From assembly GCA_965113315.1 (NCBI GenBank), contig OZ220367.1: 64,000 bases of DNA; one strand, written 5' to 3'. Below the pieces are notes generated by a model. It had not been told where the DNA came from. It saw nothing but the letters and a program-made list of their open reading frames with translations, and did not search any database. The DNA comes from Podarcis vaucheri (Eukaryota). Both the position numbers and the translations under genes were made by a program. Of this stretch, positions 10,802-22,850 are shown piece after piece; position 1 is the stretch's first letter, and every line of letters begins with the position of its first letter.

Positions 10802-13800
10802 TATAGGAGTCTTAATGGTGTAGAATGTAGATTTATCACAAGGAACATAGTAGCCTTGTTAAAATTGGACATTTCCTTGGGAGGGGTAGGGAAGAAAACT
10901 ATCCGCTATTTCATGCATTTAAGAAACACATAGTCACAGTGCATTGCAATTTATAGATCCCTATTACGAGCCAAGTTGCTGTATGCTGTGTTTTGGTTTC
11001 CTGTCAGTGGGTTGGAGACAGGGTAGGAAGACTGAAATATGCAATGTGGGGGGAAGTTTTTGCAGCATAGTGAAGACAGCGGCAGGCTTAGGACAGTGCT
11101 TGTGGTAGTGGCGATCTGGAGCTTCTGCCATCCTAGTACAGCTAGAGAGCTGCAAAGCTGAGCATGCCGATATTCAGGAACCTCACGTCATGTATTGTTT
11201 ACTTTCTTAGACTCTTCTTGTTTTATTTCCTTTGCCCTTCACAACAAGAGCTAAAAATCCCCAGTGTGTGTTCTTCATTCTCTTTTGTGTTATGTCAGCA
11301 GCACTGAACTTGGGACGCTTTTAAAATTAGTTTTGCCCGTTTTTGGTTTCGTTATACGCTGTCCCTCCATTACGTGTGGGGCAGGGGAGGGAGGAAGCGA
11401 ACACAGTAAAATGGGAGCAGTTCCCTGAGGTATGATTCCATGTTTCCACGTAAATATTGCAGTCACAGAGCTGGGTCCGGTCTCTTTGATCTTTCCCACC
11501 TGCCAGCTCCCTTTTAGCAAGGGTTAGATTAGGGAAAGTTCCATGCAGGTGGCCCCATCCATATGGCTGTGATATATGCAAACATCCTCTCTTGCAACAG
11601 CAGAGGATCATGTTATGTGGTTCTTGCACTGTTCTGTGTTTGTGAAGGCGCTTTAGAGAATTTAATCTGGACTTTCAGCCTTCAGAACTTCTAACTGTAA
11701 AAGCTCAGAGCAGGTTTGAAGATGACTGGTCTTCTCAGACCTATCTTCCATTTTGCTTTCAATGAATAACCTCCTTCACCCTACTCCTGAACACTGGCAT
11801 CCAACGTTGCCCTAAAGTTTCAGAGCAATACTTTGTCCCCTATTCTAGTCATGCTCAGCTATTGAGAAAGCAGTCTGGGTTCACTGTAGGTTCCCACAGC
11901 TATATCACTGAAGCAAAGTGCTGCTTTTGGGTTGGTGGCATTTTGCTTGAGGAGTAACTTTTGCCTTCACTTGAAATGCGTTCTATGTTTTTATATGTTG
12001 GATGCTTACAAGGATATCAGTGGGCCGCTAGCAGGATAGTGATTGGCTCAACACCTGAAGAGCCCGAGGAAATAGGCAGCAGGTAGTGAGGTGTTGGGGT
12101 GTTTGAGGGGGAGGACGGTGGCAGGGTTCTGTGGCTTGTGTCCCTCTTCTCAAGCCGTTTATGCCAACAAAATTTAATGGACACCCTTCTGGTGCAGCTA
12201 AAAGTAGAAGTAGCTAAAACAGTCACCTGAGAACCAGACAGTGTGTTTTAATGCTAGTGGGGAAATCTCCTTCTGGGCTCCAAGGCAAACAAAAGGATTG
12301 CTTCACCTTCAGATTTTCATTGCTCTCTATCTGTAGCGTCTTTAAGTCTGCAACTGTCTGCAGACTTAACATTGGCAAAGATAAAAGCCCTGAATCTAAT
12401 GGCTTTGTTGCAGGCAGTTGCTCCTTTTTGCTTCTTTCTCTATTCTCCCCCCACCCCCTTGTGGAGATTATTTCCTTTTTGAATCCCCCTGTTATCTCCA
12501 TTATTGACATACCCTGTAATTTTCAAAATTGTCCACTATTAGGTCCCTGACTCAGTTTCTTCCCCCTTTGTCTGCAAGTGGGTGCTTGTCTGGTGTGGTG
12601 TTTAAATTTTATTTTAACCCCTTCTGGTCAGGCAGGTGTGGCTTTTAAAAACATAGGCACAGAAATCATAGGCTTTGCTAACATCCCTCTTCTTTGCATT
12701 AACCACTGTGTAGCATTATGTCTGCACCGAGGTTAATGTTAACCATGGTTTGCTTTAGATGGGGTTTGTAAACCATCGTTGGCTTCTCACGCCTGCTCTC
12801 CTAGCTTGGATTCAGTATTGTTCATAGCCCTATTTGCTTTTCCTAGATGCCTATGTTGCATGGGCAGCTAGCTTTGGGCTGTGTACCATATCCATCCCAT
12901 CCACCCCTCTCTGTTTTACACCCAACTGGTGTCACTGGTTTCTGGTTGGAAGCCAGATGGTGCTTTTTTCCTATTAGCATTCCAACTCACTTGCTAATCT
13001 CTCTCCGCCCCCCTCCTTGAAATTCTACAAGGTTGCTTCAAGTGGGCCTGCTCACTTCAGTAAACAAGCTAAGACTATGTCCATTGGCGGCACTTTTTAT
13101 AGATTCTTGGGACAAATATTTCCCCAGTGCTTTCTTTCTGCACTTTTCCAAAGTGTGCAGCTTCGTTTAAGCTGTGAGTCAAATCTGTGAGATGTGTTTT
13201 AATAGTCTCTCCACCCACAACCTGCACATTTTTGAAACGTGTGCACGTATTTAAAATATTTATATCCCATCTTTAAGCTGAAGTTCCATTTGGACCCAGG
13301 CATAATTCACTGTTGTTGCCACTGTGTGTGAGAATACCAAACAGAACAATCCTGACCTTAGCCTCCCTGACTCATTTTGTAAATAAACTCAGGAAAACTA
13401 GATCAAGTATTTCACATTCATTTATATCATATTCCTAAGTGTATGGTAAAATCTGCACGCATTTATTTCTAGTACTTCATATTAATAAGTTGTAAGACAA
13501 AGTGCTAGACGCAAATCTTATTCTTCTGTTATGTTCAGATCTTAATAGACTTGCAACAGTGTGCTTTCTTTCTTTTAGAACGAAAAGACCCTGAATTTAA
13601 CCCAGCAATTTGGATCTTGCAAATTATAGCTTAAATTTGGGAGTTATGTATGACTATTTTAAAGTTTTGCATGGAAGAACCTAAGGGCTTTGATTTTCTG
13701 GTACGCTATTCAGAATAAATGTATGCATATTTATTGGTATCCATAGTACATAGTGCACTTTTAAAAACTAGAATGTGTGTAGTTTAATTTCAGGTTCTTT

Positions 13801-16800
13801 AGATTCAGGTTCTAGGACTTGGCTGTGTACAAGTTTGGTCTCCCTTAATAACAGTTCCTCTTTGGCCATATCTGTTTTCTCAAGTTGTCCCCTCACTGGA
13901 GGAATTTACCCCTCGGTAAATTCTTCCTTGCTTCTCTGTATAGTGTGCACTTTGGGAAAATCTGTGTGTGATGTTATCATTTATATGTTGGAATAGCTGT
14001 GCCCACCTGATACACAGTAAAGCCTCTTCCCTTTGATGAAAGTGGTAGCTTTAGGTATGAGCTGTCAGCACCTCTGCTGCCAGAGAGTTGAAATGTGGTT
14101 CTGGGAAATCTAGATTCACGTCTAGTCAGCCTTATACATTCTGGATAACCTTGGAGACTGGCTGCCTCTCAGCCCCAAGCCCCCACGTGCGAAAGGGAAT
14201 TGTTGTGACCTTGTTCAGACGTTTCTTGAGTTGATAAGCAAAATAATTATTGTAAAACACTTTGAAAATGAAGTACTGCTGTATAAATGATTGATAATGC
14301 AGGAGCAAACCATTTTTATCCTCACGTATTTGACTAGCTGTGATGAATGCTTCATTTTGGAGGTGAATCAGAGCACTTCTAAATGGTGAATCTCCTTTTG
14401 TAAAGGAAGCGTGCATACAAAAGTACATAATTTGTGTGGTAAGCCTGCTATGGGAGTGGACAAAGCACTTTTTAAAATATACAACCTTATTTTGTTCCCT
14501 GTCTGGTTTTGTGGAAACCAGTTTTGTTACAGCAGAAACTGGCTGTGTGTGTAACACTGATTTGTTTATAGACACTGGTAACACCACTAAGCCATTTCCT
14601 CCCTCCTCCCTGAAACATTATTTAATTGTTTTAAATTGATTCTACATTTCTAAAGGAGCAAAATGTACATGCAGCACCTTGAGGTAAAGTTACAAGAGCC
14701 CACTGAAGAATGAGGTGAGGGGCAAGGAAAGATAACTTGAGTCACTGGCCATTGTATCAGTCGAACGTCCTCAAATGCATTTATGTCTGGTGGCACCTTA
14801 AAAATTTGTAAATGCTGGAACAAGTGGTTTCAGAAGAATGCTCAAGAGGTGCAAAAGAAAGAAAAGCCCTTTTCTGTCATTGCTTGATGAGATCCTGGAG
14901 AATCTGTTTATGTTACAGACCTGAAGTCTTAGCTGTGTTTTCCACAAAGGTAGTGGGATCTGGTGAATCTGGTGGCATTATAATCCTGAAAGTTGGGTGC
15001 TTGAATGGGTGGAAGGATTATACATTACTACACCTACTTAACCATTTGGCCCAAGGGAGCAAGAAATGGATTTCTTGCCAAACCAGTGCTCCTACTGGCA
15101 TCTTTGCACTGTACCAGCCTTGCCCTTCCCCTTCTGGCAAGCCGCAGTGATGCAATTGACTGGAGGTCAGGTGAGTGCTGCTGTCCCACTTTGCTGTCTC
15201 CTACTGCGAGTTGCTTTTAAAATGGGCTGAGTGTCAGCCTTGGATTAGGTTCTGTTTAAAGCCTGTTGGACTGAAGGTGGACATCCAGTGTGGAAAGGAA
15301 ACTTGCCCACAAGTTTCGGGATGGTAGTCTGGTTCTTTAGCCACGTGATTGCTTTGCCTGCCTTGACATTTGTGCTGTTGTTGTTTCCCAACAACAAGAG
15401 TTGTTTCCCCTGTTGCTACAAAGGCAGTAACTGATACAGCAGTGGCAGCTTGATGAGTGCACACTGCAAACATTATAGAAAGGAATAAGACTCCCTTCCC
15501 ATCCCAATTCCTGATTAGAAGTATGTGCAGGCAGGTAAATGGAGTGTTGAAATTGACTTGTCCGAATCTCAAGCAGCTTCAGGCCTAGTTAATTCCACTC
15601 AAGAGAAGCTTAGAAAATGTGGTTGGAAAGCTATACTATATGGAGAAAATGGATTTTAGAAATAAGATAATATTTTCGGGCCAGTGTGCTACTGCTTTGT
15701 GGCTTAGCTCATTTTGTGCTTAGAGATGCATGATTAAACAGGGGTTACGCACATTCCATTGGGTGCTTCAAAAACCACTGTATGCCTGGGGAACAAGTTT
15801 TGGGGTAGAATGAGCCCTGCCAAGACTCAAGGAACTTAAAATAAAATCAAGAGTTTGCAGTGCTGCAATTCCAGAAATTATTTCAAGAACAAAGTAAAGA
15901 CATCCTTGAAATGATGGTATGTTAGTGTTTAATGGATTTGTGGCATGTTTAATGTTTTTTTCCAATAAGAACAGTAGTTACCTTCAGTCCCCTAAAACCT
16001 GTGCATTCTCTTACTGTGACTATAAGTGTGCATGCTCTTGCATTCAAATCTGATATTGAAACTGTTGACAATTCAGTTTTTCTCTTTTTTTTCATAACTT
16101 GGGTTTGTGTCATTGCCTGTGGCAAGGTAAAGGGGGCAATGAGCCAACAGTTTAGTTACAGGGAAAGAATCTATGAGCTGAATAACCACATTCTGCAACA
16201 AGAATGTGTTCTATCCATTCAGGAATTGTACATGTTTACTTTTTTTGCATTATTAGAGCTGAGGCCACTGCATTTCTTCAGTGCAGGACTTTAAGTATTA
16301 TTTTCTTAAGATACTGGATCAGTGGCAGGTACTGCATCTAAACGTCAGTGCCCAGGAATATGTGAACTAGCCAGATCTCAGAGATATCACCTGAGCCAAC
16401 CACTGGGTCTGGATTTCCAGCTCATGTTTAGGTTCGTTCAGGTAAGGGATTCTGATGGAGCAGCTTGTTTGTTGCACATCACATTGCTCCATAGACCCAT
16501 GAGCATCGCCAGGTAGAAACCACTTGGGAAGTTCTGGCGAAGAGAAGATGAGGTAATAATAAGAGCATAATTTTGCCAACCTATCAAGAGTGCTTTAGAA
16601 CATAAACAACTTATGTTCCTTAACTATCTCATTCTTTCCTATGTAGCAGGAAGATAAGCCAAGCAAAGAATGCGCACATAGCTGTTCCGATAAATAAAAT
16701 CATGAATGTTTGTGAACATGATAAATACACAGTAAATATACAGCCATTCACAGATGCATGAATTCTGATAATAGCATGCAGGTGATAAGTCAGTTTTATA

Positions 16801-17300
16801 TGGTATGCTCGTTGCTATGATATCCATAAAGTTGGGTATCTTTCTGTGCAGACACCCATTTAAAATATTAATACCGTGTTAGGGAAATGAGATAAACTTG
16901 CAACCGAAGTGCAGCTTTGAGAGAACGGTACAAAAACTTTTAAAATGACTGGGGGTTGGGGGGCGGACACCAAGTTTGGTGATGCTACCAGGTAGTAGCA
17001 TATAATGCCCATTTTAAAAAAGCTGGATCAAATTAAGGGAGTACATTGCATATTGTTAACCCCAAAGAGTGAACATGCTTGTTTGCGACCATTGTTTCAT
17101 AAGTGCCTATCTTCTCACTTCTGAGCATTTCTGCACCAGAATTGGCAGGTTCATGGAAATATTTGCGCCACCTCATGTCCATGCACCAAAGCATTTTTTC
17201 CCCTTTTGAAATCTTGGATTTAGAAAGGTTAGGAAGGCTGAGTGGGTTTTGTTTGGCTCTTGAAACTTGATGCAGAATTCCTTCCTTTTTAAAGCAGATC

Positions 17301-17341
17301 GGATGGATGGATGGATGGATGGATGGATGGATGGATGGATG
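17301..17341. repeat. (GGAT)10 microsatellite
   Basis: Directly visible. Confidence 0.97.
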
Positions 17342-20329
17342 CATAGACAGAAGTAGGTGGTATCTCAGAAATGGTGTATCCTAAGAACAAGGATTGACTC
17401 AAAATCCTTGGAGCATCCATTTCCAAAGCTGCATTCAGTGATAAGTCCAGAGCTTGATTATTGAATTACACCTGAAGTGTTTTTAGGAGAGCAAAAACTT
17501 CAGTATAAAACAAGCTAATCACTAAGTGTAGCTTTAGCTTATACTTCTAATGTGTTATACAACAGCATACCAATAATTGTCGTGTTATGAGCAACAGACC
17601 CTGCTTTGTATGATACAGATATTGGAGCTAATCTTGAAAAATGATTTTCTATATTCTCAACACTTTGAAAAGAATTAATTTGTTTCTGTGGGTAGACTGT
17701 CATATGGGGTGAATCTGTACTGAATCATGTACCGTACTGAGTCAAGCAATTGGTTATTCCAAGCATGACTCAGTTTAGATCCAAACCTTATTAGTGCCTG
17801 TTACTAATAGTACTATTTAATTTCTGTTCCATGTCAAAGCAGGTTATAACTTAGCCCGCCTCCCCTGTCCTCATCTTGCAATAATTTTGTCAGGTATGTA
17901 GTGAACGTCATCAATCAATCCTCATGTTAACGCTATTCTTAACAAAGGGCTGTGTGGCACCCCTCCCCCTTCCCGTGTCTCCTACAACCACAATCAACAA
18001 TACATTGAGATTCATATATTTAGGTGTGTGCAACAGGAGGAACATAAATATTTTTATTTCTGCAGATGTCCAGGATCTCTTCTTTCTCCCCATCTGCTTT
18101 TGTTCTTCAACGTCACTGTCTGATGCTCCTTTTGTTCATCTCTTCACTTTCTTTCTGCCAACATTCCCACTTCCATCACATGGAAAAGGAGCCATTTGCA
18201 ATGAAGCAAAGCTGCACAATTTAATTTTAATGTTACATTTTGACTGTAGAATTTGAGTTGTGAATTGGAAACTTCTACCAGGTTTTTTGTATTATTTTAC
18301 TTTCTAGTTGCTCAGTAAAAAAGAGTCTCTAGGCAACTTAAAAAAACTTAAGAACCAAGGGCTATAGCATAAAAATGAACAGGACACATCACAGTAAAAC
18401 CACCATCAGTCCTTTTTTGTTGATGATCCATTTCAACCTTGCTTTTCATGATCTCCTGTTTATTTAAAAGGCATTTCTAAACCACTTGATCTTTTTCTTT
18501 CTTTTTTTTTAAATCACTAAGCTGTGTAGAATTATAGATGATCAAGGGCCATCTAGACCAACCGTCTTCAATGCAGGAATCTCAACTAGATCATTATGTA
18601 CAATATGAAACCAATATCCATTAAAACAAAATACAGCCTAAACCAATAAAGCAATATAGAAACATATAAAAGCCAATAAAACAGAGATTTATTTGTAAAC
18701 ATAAATCAGTGTCAAGTCTTACAGATCAGGCAAAACCTGGACAAAAGGAAGTCTTTACAAAACGTCTGAAGCAACTAAGGGCAGAGGGAAGGGCATTCCA
18801 CAAAATGAGCAACAGCAGAAAACGCTGATATTTCTACACTTAATCTCTCTCCCTCCCTCCACCTCCACCCATGTTTTAAAGGTTCCAGTCTTGTGATCAC
18901 TCAACTTGGCGGAACCTGGAGGTGCAGTTTACATCATCATCCCAGCTAAAGGCTAAAATGTTTAAGCCCAAGCCTCCTGTCACTCATTTTGTTGGGGCGT
19001 CTCTATACGCTGCTCAATGCTGCACTAACCTATGGTTGTTCACTAAACTGCCCTCATTATTAGGAGTGGATGTTGGGTGATATGAAATCTCTTTCTAGGG
19101 TGTTAGGTCTCATGGGGCTGTTTCACATAAGCAAATTATCTGCTGGTGCTGCAGTCACTGAATGATGAACATGCATGTACGAACTTGCCCTAACATATCT
19201 GGTGAGGTGGATTGTGAAGTAGAACTGCATAGATACTAAACTCCATTCCATTTTCTGTTATGGGGGTGGGGGGAGGACATTTCCTATGACGCTTAAGTAT
19301 TCTGCCAGCAGCACCATTTCCCCAGACCTATCCATAGTGTGTCATTTATGGTCCGTGCGGTCAAACCACTAAATAATAGTTGTGGGTGTGAAGAAACAGT
19401 GCCATAACTGTGCTTTACAAAGGGAGAAGCTTTTAATAGGAGCTATTTTGAGTCAGCCTGGGGAAGGAAATGGAGGAAACCAGAACTGCTTTGGAGAGAT
19501 ATTATTTATAAAGGCTTGTTATATCATCTGAGGGTTCCCCACCCCCCTTGCTTATACAGGGTGTGTGCTAACACTTGATTCAATCTGGGTTTTGTTGTCT
19601 TTGGAGCAGGATTCTTTCTTCCCTCCGTGGTACCTTCACAATCTTGGAGATCTGGTGTGGTTTATACAATGGTAGTTTGGCTATAGCAGAGGGCCTATTC
19701 TGCTTCTATATTACTCTGCATCCAATACCAAGCAACAAACATATACTCTTTGAGGGCAGGGAGGTATAATCTGATTATGTTTAGGCAGTATTAGTGCTAC
19801 TACTGAAATTGACAAATATGTCCCTTAAGAGATTCCGCAAAAGCCTTATATCCTGTTCAATGTTCCTGGCAGCCTTCTCAGATGCATAGTGCTTCCCTCA
19901 AAGCTAAGGTTCCCACCATTTTGAACTGGCCTGGCTTCTGTACTGCTAATGATAGGTCTGAAATACAGAAATTTAGCAGCTAACATTTTCTTGCCTTGAA
20001 AAGCTTCACCTGTTTACTTCTGCGTTTCATTACTGGCTTTGATCCTGTGCCTTAGAAGGTCAAAACTACAGGCCTGCACCAAATCTCTTTGGGAAGAGAG
20101 CTTTGGGAAGTTTCATAACTTCTTTCATGCTATAGTAGTGGGTGTTTTGTACGCTTGCAATATCTGTATTCCCATAGCGTTTTCTTTTCAAACTCTTAGG
20201 ATCAAAATATTCCCATCTGATTCCGTAATATGACATTTTTGGCTTCAAGGCTTGTTCAACAGTCAAGAGTTATTTGGCACCCACCATTCTTGAAGTCTAA
20301 AAACCTGTTTATTTGTGGATCCATTTTTA

Positions 20330-20528
20330 GCCTGCCTTTCCCCCAAGGACCTCGGGATGGTGTATTTGGTTATTTCTCCATTTTATCCTCACAGCATCTC
20401 AGTGAGGGTAGACTGAGCTGAGCAAGAATAACAGGCTCAAGGTCACCCCTAGAAAGTTGCGTGGCTGAGAGGGAGTTTGAACCAGGGTCTTCCTGGTCTG
20501 ATACTCTAACCATTGCACCACACTGGCT
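20330..20528 (-). mobile_element. Old tRNA-derived SINE (Squam3/MIR-like)
   Basis: Minus strand reads agccagtgtggtgcaatggttagagt (A box) ... ggttcaaactccc (B box) ... gctgtgaggataaaat core; boundaries approximate. Confidence 0.7.
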
Positions 20529-22601
20529 TCTAGATCTTGTGCTGCAGTACAAAGAGGCATGCAAAACAATCTTTGGGAAATGTTACAGAAAAATAAGTAG
20601 TGGCATGCCATGAATCGCTCCACAAACCGAAATCTCCTGACAAAAATAGGTTATTGGGTTCCCAGAAAACAGAATGAGTTACAGAATTCTATGAAGATTT
20701 CAAACCAACTCTGCTACACTCCTTCAAGAAAGGAGTTGCAGCTATATGTTTGGCGTTTCCAAGCTTTTTTTAATAAATAAATTAACAGAAAATGTAAGAA
20801 ATGTAACATAACCTCTGTACAGTGCAGAGTTGATGAATTACATTGTTTATTAATTGTGCAATTCTATACATGCTTACTCTGAGCTACTGGTAAGTCCTGC
20901 TGTGTTCAAATGGGGTCTGGTCCCCAGTAAGTGGGTTTAGGATTGCATTCTCTTATTCTACTACTGATGAAAAGAAAGTGAAACCATTCCTTCTCAAAAG
21001 TATCCAGTTTTACCTTTAACATGTGTTAAAATCTGTAAGGTTATATGTAGTTGTTATCTATACCCGGATTCATTCATCTAGTCACACCTAGGTGGAAGTA
21101 ACTTTTTTTTTTTAGTCTCTTGCAGTCAACGTTCGTTTCTTTTAAACAATTCAAATTGATTTCTAGCTTCTGGGACATCATACAATCACTTCTTATCATA
21201 TGATGCAGTTTGCCCTGCATGTTCTAATTGGGCAGTAATAAATATGTGTAGGAAAAACGCATATTGTAAGGCAAGGGATGTTTATTTTACAGCAGGTATA
21301 TGGCACAGAAAATTTGTACACAACATTTAGGTGCTAAAACAAAAAAGTATTACTTATGTAAAAAATACATATTTTCACAGCTTCCTTACAGGATATTTTT
21401 CTCTAGGCAGTATACAAAAATAAAAACACAACTCTAATAATAGGACATAAAACACAAATTGCAGCAGCCTGCTAGTAGTAACTACGGACTAATCAAGCCT
21501 TTAAAACAGTGTATAGACCAACATAAAAATAGCCCCAAAAATCCTGATAACCAGCAGCAGATTAAAACCAGATGCTCTGAAAACAGCAGCAGCCTAAATA
21601 AAATCATCTAAATTAAAATCACCTTAATGCTTAGGAAGAAGGTTGCTGCCTAAGCAGAATCTAGTGGAAAATGCAGACTTCTAAGAGTTATCATATTTGA
21701 AATGGAACAGAAAAGTCTCCCGATTTAGATTGCCAGGAGTTGAAGTTTTTCTTTTTGACTCACTTACTGGAGTTATTTGCAGTGTGCCTGTACTCTGATT
21801 ATTCTAAACTGCACAAAAGTAACTTATTTTATTTGTTTATTTTGCACTTGTTCCTTTGGTGCAAGGATTTCCACTTCTGCAACAGAACTTTCCCCCTCTC
21901 CTCTCCTGGCAAGTTCCTTGCAAGCTCCTCAAATCCTCTGTGGAGTGTTGGAAGAACCTCACAGATTAGATTTAGCAGGTGCAGGGAGAGGAAGGAAGGG
22001 AAGTTCCACTGAACTGGCAACTCCACCCATTAACTCAAGTCTAACCTGTTTCATAGACTTTTTGTGAGAAAGAAATAAGAGGGATTCATGTATGCATTGA
22101 CCTTCTCAAAATAAAGGTGGAAAAGAAATGTCATGAATAATGCTCTATATTCACCCTTTCTTATACGGGTTCTGGTGAGCTCCATTGAGCACGATAGAGA
22201 TGGGGGGGGGGACCCCTGTGATTACAGATTCAGAATATCTGGTAAACAAGAGGCCCTTGGGAAATCATAATACAGGATCAAAGCTTCTAGTAGGAAGACT
22301 TTGTGAAAACGACATAACACTCTGGCCTGGGTGTATGATAATGGGATGAAAACACTGGTTTTGGCAAGTGAGTGGCACACATGCTCCGCCTCCCCCCCAA
22401 AGCAAACAACTTTGTTCCCTTGATGCCTGGAGAAGTAGGAAAGCAGATCTGAGGGAACAGCATGTCCCTGTAGTATATTCTAGGTAATATTACTCTCTTA
22501 GGAAATGTGCAGTGTTCTCTAGCTGACCCTTTCTAAACTGCTGACGACTAGAAAAATTGGCTTATTAGGCTACATATTTTCTTGAGAAAGAACATGTAGA
22601 G

Positions 22602-22850
22602 CAGGGGTGCCCAAACTTTTTTCAAAGACGGCCAGATTTGATGAAGTGAACATGTGCGAGGGCATGTGTGAGGGCATGAAGGGTGAAGGAAGTTGTTGAG
22701 CTTTTTTTAAGATTGAAGTTGAGCTTTTTTTTTTTACAATTTTACAGATTTTTTTAGGATTTGACCCCGAGGAATAAACTGCCACAGGGGCTGGATTACA
22801 CTGCCACGGGGGCCGAATTAGGCCTCCAAAAAGGACTTTGGACATGCCTG
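22602..22850. mobile_element. Non-autonomous hAT element
   Basis: CAGGGGTGCCCAAA ... TTTGGACATGCCTG ends; 8-bp TSD atgtagag/gtgtagag. Confidence 0.85.
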
